Virus record (IMG/VR): IMGVR_UViG_3300043690_000038
Location: 1 to 46,476 of that record
From: a virus
Lineage: Duplodnaviria; Caudoviricetes
DNA length: 46,476 nucleotides
Reading direction: 5' to 3' (one strand)
Of this stretch, positions 43,938 through 46,476 are shown one piece after another (the first letter of the stretch is position 1; every line of letters begins with the position of its first letter). The notes beneath the pieces are model-generated. The model saw nothing but the letters and a program-made list of their open reading frames with translations. It was not told where the DNA came from and searched no databases. Made by a program: the position numbers and the translations under genes.

Positions 43938-45734
43938 ATGGCGACCTGGAACCCCACCGACTGCAACCCGAACGTCAAGCTGTCGGGCGGCAATCTCGTC
44001 GCGACCGGAGGGCTGGCGAACCGGGTCGGTTGCGCCATCGATCTGACGAACAAGCTGGTCTGGTTCTACTCCTCCAGCACTTGCCGCTGGAACGGGTCGA
44101 ACACGGCCAATCCGGCGACTGCGACCGGCGGCATCAGCTTCACGAATACTGGTCCGTATTTCCCGATGTTCTCGGCGGATGGCTGCACAGTCACGGCGGC
44201 GTTCGCAGCGGCGTCGATGTTCTGGGCGATCCCGAGCGGGTTCTCCGCGTGGGACACGCTCGCGGGCAGCGCGACGACGTGGAACCCGGCCGACAAGAAC
44301 GCTTCGGTCACGCTTTCGAACGGCAACCTGACCGCTGCATCGCCATCAGGCTCTTACATAGCCGCCCGCGCCACCAACTCCCTGTCGAGCGGCAAAGCCT
44401 ACTTCGAGTGGAACTGGGACGCGATCACCAATTACTCGGTGGTCGGGGTCGGCAACTCGACCGCGTCGCTCAGCAACTATGTCGGCTCGTCGTCGGCGTC
44501 GATGGGCGGGCATGACAACGGCACCGTCTACGGCGCGGTCGGCGGCTCCTACGACGCAACCAACCTGACGAGCAGTTCGGCCTACTTCACCACCGTTCGC
44601 GGCACGCAGGGATATTCGACCGGCAAACATTATTTCGAGGTCACCCTCACCGCCAACGACGGGACGGGAAACCCCCATGTCGGCGTCTGCACCAGCGCGG
44701 CGTCGCTGGGCAACTATGCCGCGGTGACGAATGGGGTCGATGCGGTCATCGACACCGGCGGCTGCTATGCCAACGGCGGCCTGACCGCCGCGGTGTTCGA
44801 CGCGATCTCGACCGGCGGAACGGTGGGGATCGCCGTCGACTTCGGCAACAGTAAATTCTGGGTGTGGTCGAGCGCGACCTCAAGGTGGAACGCTGCGGCC
44901 ATCGGATCGCAGAACCCGGCGACCAATACGGGCGGCCTTAGCTATACTTACTCGGGCACATTTTATCCGGCGTGCTCGCCACGCTCTCACGCCAGCACCC
45001 AGGTTCTCACCGCCAATTTCGGCGCATCGGCGTTCGTCGGCGCAGTTCCGGCAGGGTTCGCGCCATGGAACGGCGCAGCCTACTCGCTCGCCGCCGTCCA
45101 GGGCGTCTATGGGCTGACCGGCTATGCGGCGAGCCTCGGCGCAAGCCATGCCTACTCGCTCGCCGCCGTCTCTGGCGCCTATGGGCTGACCGGTTACGCC
45201 GCGGCGTTAGGCGACCGGAGAGCCTACTCGCTCGCCGCGGTCCAAGGCTCATACACCCTCAACGTTGGCGGCTCGTCGCTCTACGGCATGGGCCTTTACG
45301 GGATGGGGCCTTACAGCGGCGCGTCCGGCGGCGCCGCGCTCACCTACACGCCCTCTCCGAACAAGGTCATTGCCGCGGCCGCGGGCGCTTATGCGCTGAC
45401 CGGTCACGCGCCGACGCTCGGCTATGTCCGCGGTCCGCTGACGCTCGTTGCTTCGACCGGCTTCTACAGCCTCGCTGGTTCAGGCGTGGCGTTGGCCAAG
45501 GGCGGGGCCGCGTCCGGCCTTTCAGTCCCGCCCGGCCAATACCGGCTCACTGGCGGGACAGCGACGATGACCTTGACCCTCGCGATCAATGTGCCGCCGC
45601 CGTCGATGCCGCCCCATCTGCGCGAGGCGACTTACCGCGCCCGGCAATTGGGCTATTCGTTCGACCCGAGCTTCACCATCGTGAAGGACCGGCCGGGGCC
45701 GATCCGGATCGTTGAATTTGACGGCTGGCTTTGA
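43938..45734 (+). CDS. Tail appendage protein: two SPRY/concanavalin-like domains, six ~24-aa repeats, nozzle-like C-terminal tag
   Basis: TWNP.D...LS.GNL, R.T...S.GK.YFE, VG.A.D....W...NPAT.TGG each twice; YSLAAV.G.Y.LTG repeats; LREATYR...KDRPGPIRIVEF end. Confidence 0.85.
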   Translation: MATWNPTDCNPNVKLSGGNLVATGGLANRVGCAIDLTNKLVWFYSSSTCRWNGSNTANPATATGGISFTNTGPYFPMFSADGCTVTAAFAAASMFWAIPSGFSAWDTLAGSATTWNPADKNASVTLSNGNLTAASPSGSYIAARATNSLSSGKAYFEWNWDAITNYSVVGVGNSTASLSNYVGSSSASMGGHDNGTVYGAVGGSYDATNLTSSSAYFTTVRGTQGYSTGKHYFEVTLTANDGTGNPHVGVCTSAASLGNYAAVTNGVDAVIDTGGCYANGGLTAAVFDAISTGGTVGIAVDFGNSKFWVWSSATSRWNAAAIGSQNPATNTGGLSYTYSGTFYPACSPRSHASTQVLTANFGASAFVGAVPAGFAPWNGAAYSLAAVQGVYGLTGYAASLGASHAYSLAAVSGAYGLTGYAAALGDRRAYSLAAVQGSYTLNVGGSSLYGMGLYGMGPYSGASGGAALTYTPSPNKVIAAAAGAYALTGHAPTLGYVRGPLTLVASTGFYSLAGSGVALAKGGAASGLSVPPGQYRLTGGTATMTLTLAINVPPPSMPPHLREATYRARQLGYSFDPSFTIVKDRPGPIRIVEFDGWL

Positions 45735-45735
45735 G

Positions 45736-46476
45736 ATGACGACGACAATTCTTCTCACCAGCTCGGGAACCTGGACCGTCCCGGCGGACTGGAACAATAG
45801 CGATAATAAGATTGAGTGTGTCGGCGGTGGCGGGGCCGGAAATTATGCGCCAGCGGCGAACTCTGGCGGCGGCGGTGGCGGCGGCGGATATAGTGTTGCG
45901 ACGAATGTGACGCTGACGCCGGGGGCCGTGATCCCGGTGCAGATCGGGCAGGGTGGGACAGTCCCGCCCTCGACTGGAGATCCGGTTGGTGGCCCAGGGA
46001 CCGCCACAATATTCAACACGGCGACCAATTTGGTTGTGGCTGGAGGAGCTACGTCGGCGACGACTAACGCGCTCGGCGGCACAGGAGGGACTGGGACGAA
46101 TGCCGGGGGAAATGGGGGAGATGGCGGATATGCGGGAATTTGGACCTGTGGCGGATCGGGCGGCGGTGGCGCTGGAGGGCCGCATGGGCCAGGGAACAAG
46201 GGGGGAGTCGGGTCATCGTACATTGGCGGCGGCGGCGGCGGCGGCGGCGGTGGTGGAGCGGACGGCGGCGCAATCGGCTCGGACGGGGATGCGTCCGATC
46301 TGGTTGGGGGCAGGGGCGGGACCGCGCATGACGGGACACTTGGGGGAGCGGGCGGGACACTAGCCGTGCCCAATGGCGCGGCTGGCGCGAATGGGAGCGG
46401 GGGCGGCGGCGGCTGCGGGACGGCTGGAGGCGGCGGCCTGGGAGGGGCGGGGAATGCTTGGGGGGCGGTTGGACCG
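45736..46476 (+). CDS. Glycine-rich tail adhesin, N-terminal part (runs off window end, continues at position 2)
   Basis: Open for 247 codons: MTTTILLTSSGTWTVPADWNNSDNKIECVGGGGAG...GGGGGGGGYS....LTPG..I..QIGQGG; polyglycine-II adhesin-type domain; absent from ORF track because no stop. Confidence 0.88.
   Translation, partial: MTTTILLTSSGTWTVPADWNNSDNKIECVGGGGAGNYAPAANSGGGGGGGGYSVATNVTLTPGAVIPVQIGQGGTVPPSTGDPVGGPGTATIFNTATNLVVAGGATSATTNALGGTGGTGTNAGGNGGDGGYAGIWTCGGSGGGGAGGPHGPGNKGGVGSSYIGGGGGGGGGGGADGGAIGSDGDASDLVGGRGGTAHDGTLGGAGGTLAVPNGAAGANGSGGGGGCGTAGGGGLGGAGNAWGAVGP

Larger units (their letters stand above)
1..46476. mobile_element. Temperate podovirus-like bacteriophage genome, circularly permuted, excised/free form (intact attP)
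   Basis: Full set of terminase, portal, scaffold, capsid, T7-like tail adaptor/nozzle, ejection proteins, lysis, int/xis/attP and repressor; no host genes; the two window ends carry the two halves of one glycine-rich gene. Confidence 0.95.

Noticed and set aside
45618-45734. Shufflon, DGR or recombination cassette explaining the repeated tag (with 239-352)
   Set aside because: Copies are direct, differ largely at synonymous positions, show no adenine-specific pattern, and there is no invertase or reverse transcriptase
45843-46373. Minus-strand Pro-rich 176-aa ORF
   Set aside because: Antisense shadow of the Gly-rich gene (GGN codons read as Pro)

Overview
The window is an apparently complete (or nearly complete), circularly permuted genome of a temperate, GC-rich podovirus-type phage, probably infecting an alphaproteobacterium (inferred from the tRNA-Val attP, the PEPxxWA-CTERM cargo gene and the protein families). 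Layout: ejection/internal virion proteins (417-8992), tail fibre and lysis genes (9219-11792), an intact attP with integrase/excisionase (12413-14275), a leftward recombination operon (HNH, NinB, lambda-exo, ERF), a repressor/Cro-like switch (17560-18327), an early-middle operon (VRR-NUC, MT-A70 methylase) with no recognisable replication initiator, helicase or polymerase but a ~320-nt highly structured non-coding locus, accessory genes (PEP-CTERM protein, a membrane-HTH-membrane cassette, an ArdC remnant), a packaging region with a (TGAGAC)n array, and terminase, portal, scaffold, capsid and tail genes. The most unusual part is the tail. The T7 gp11-like adaptor is a tandem two-domain fusion. 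The gp12-like nozzle ends in an Ig-like domain, and what looks like its normal ~38-aa C-terminal segment appears instead as a conserved C-terminal tag on two different downstream adhesins (a double-SPRY protein and a glycine-rich protein), suggesting a split-nozzle plug-in system for mounting receptor-binding modules. A recurrent GGGCGTTG promoter motif marks the late transcription units. All family assignments come from motif recognition by eye, with no database search.
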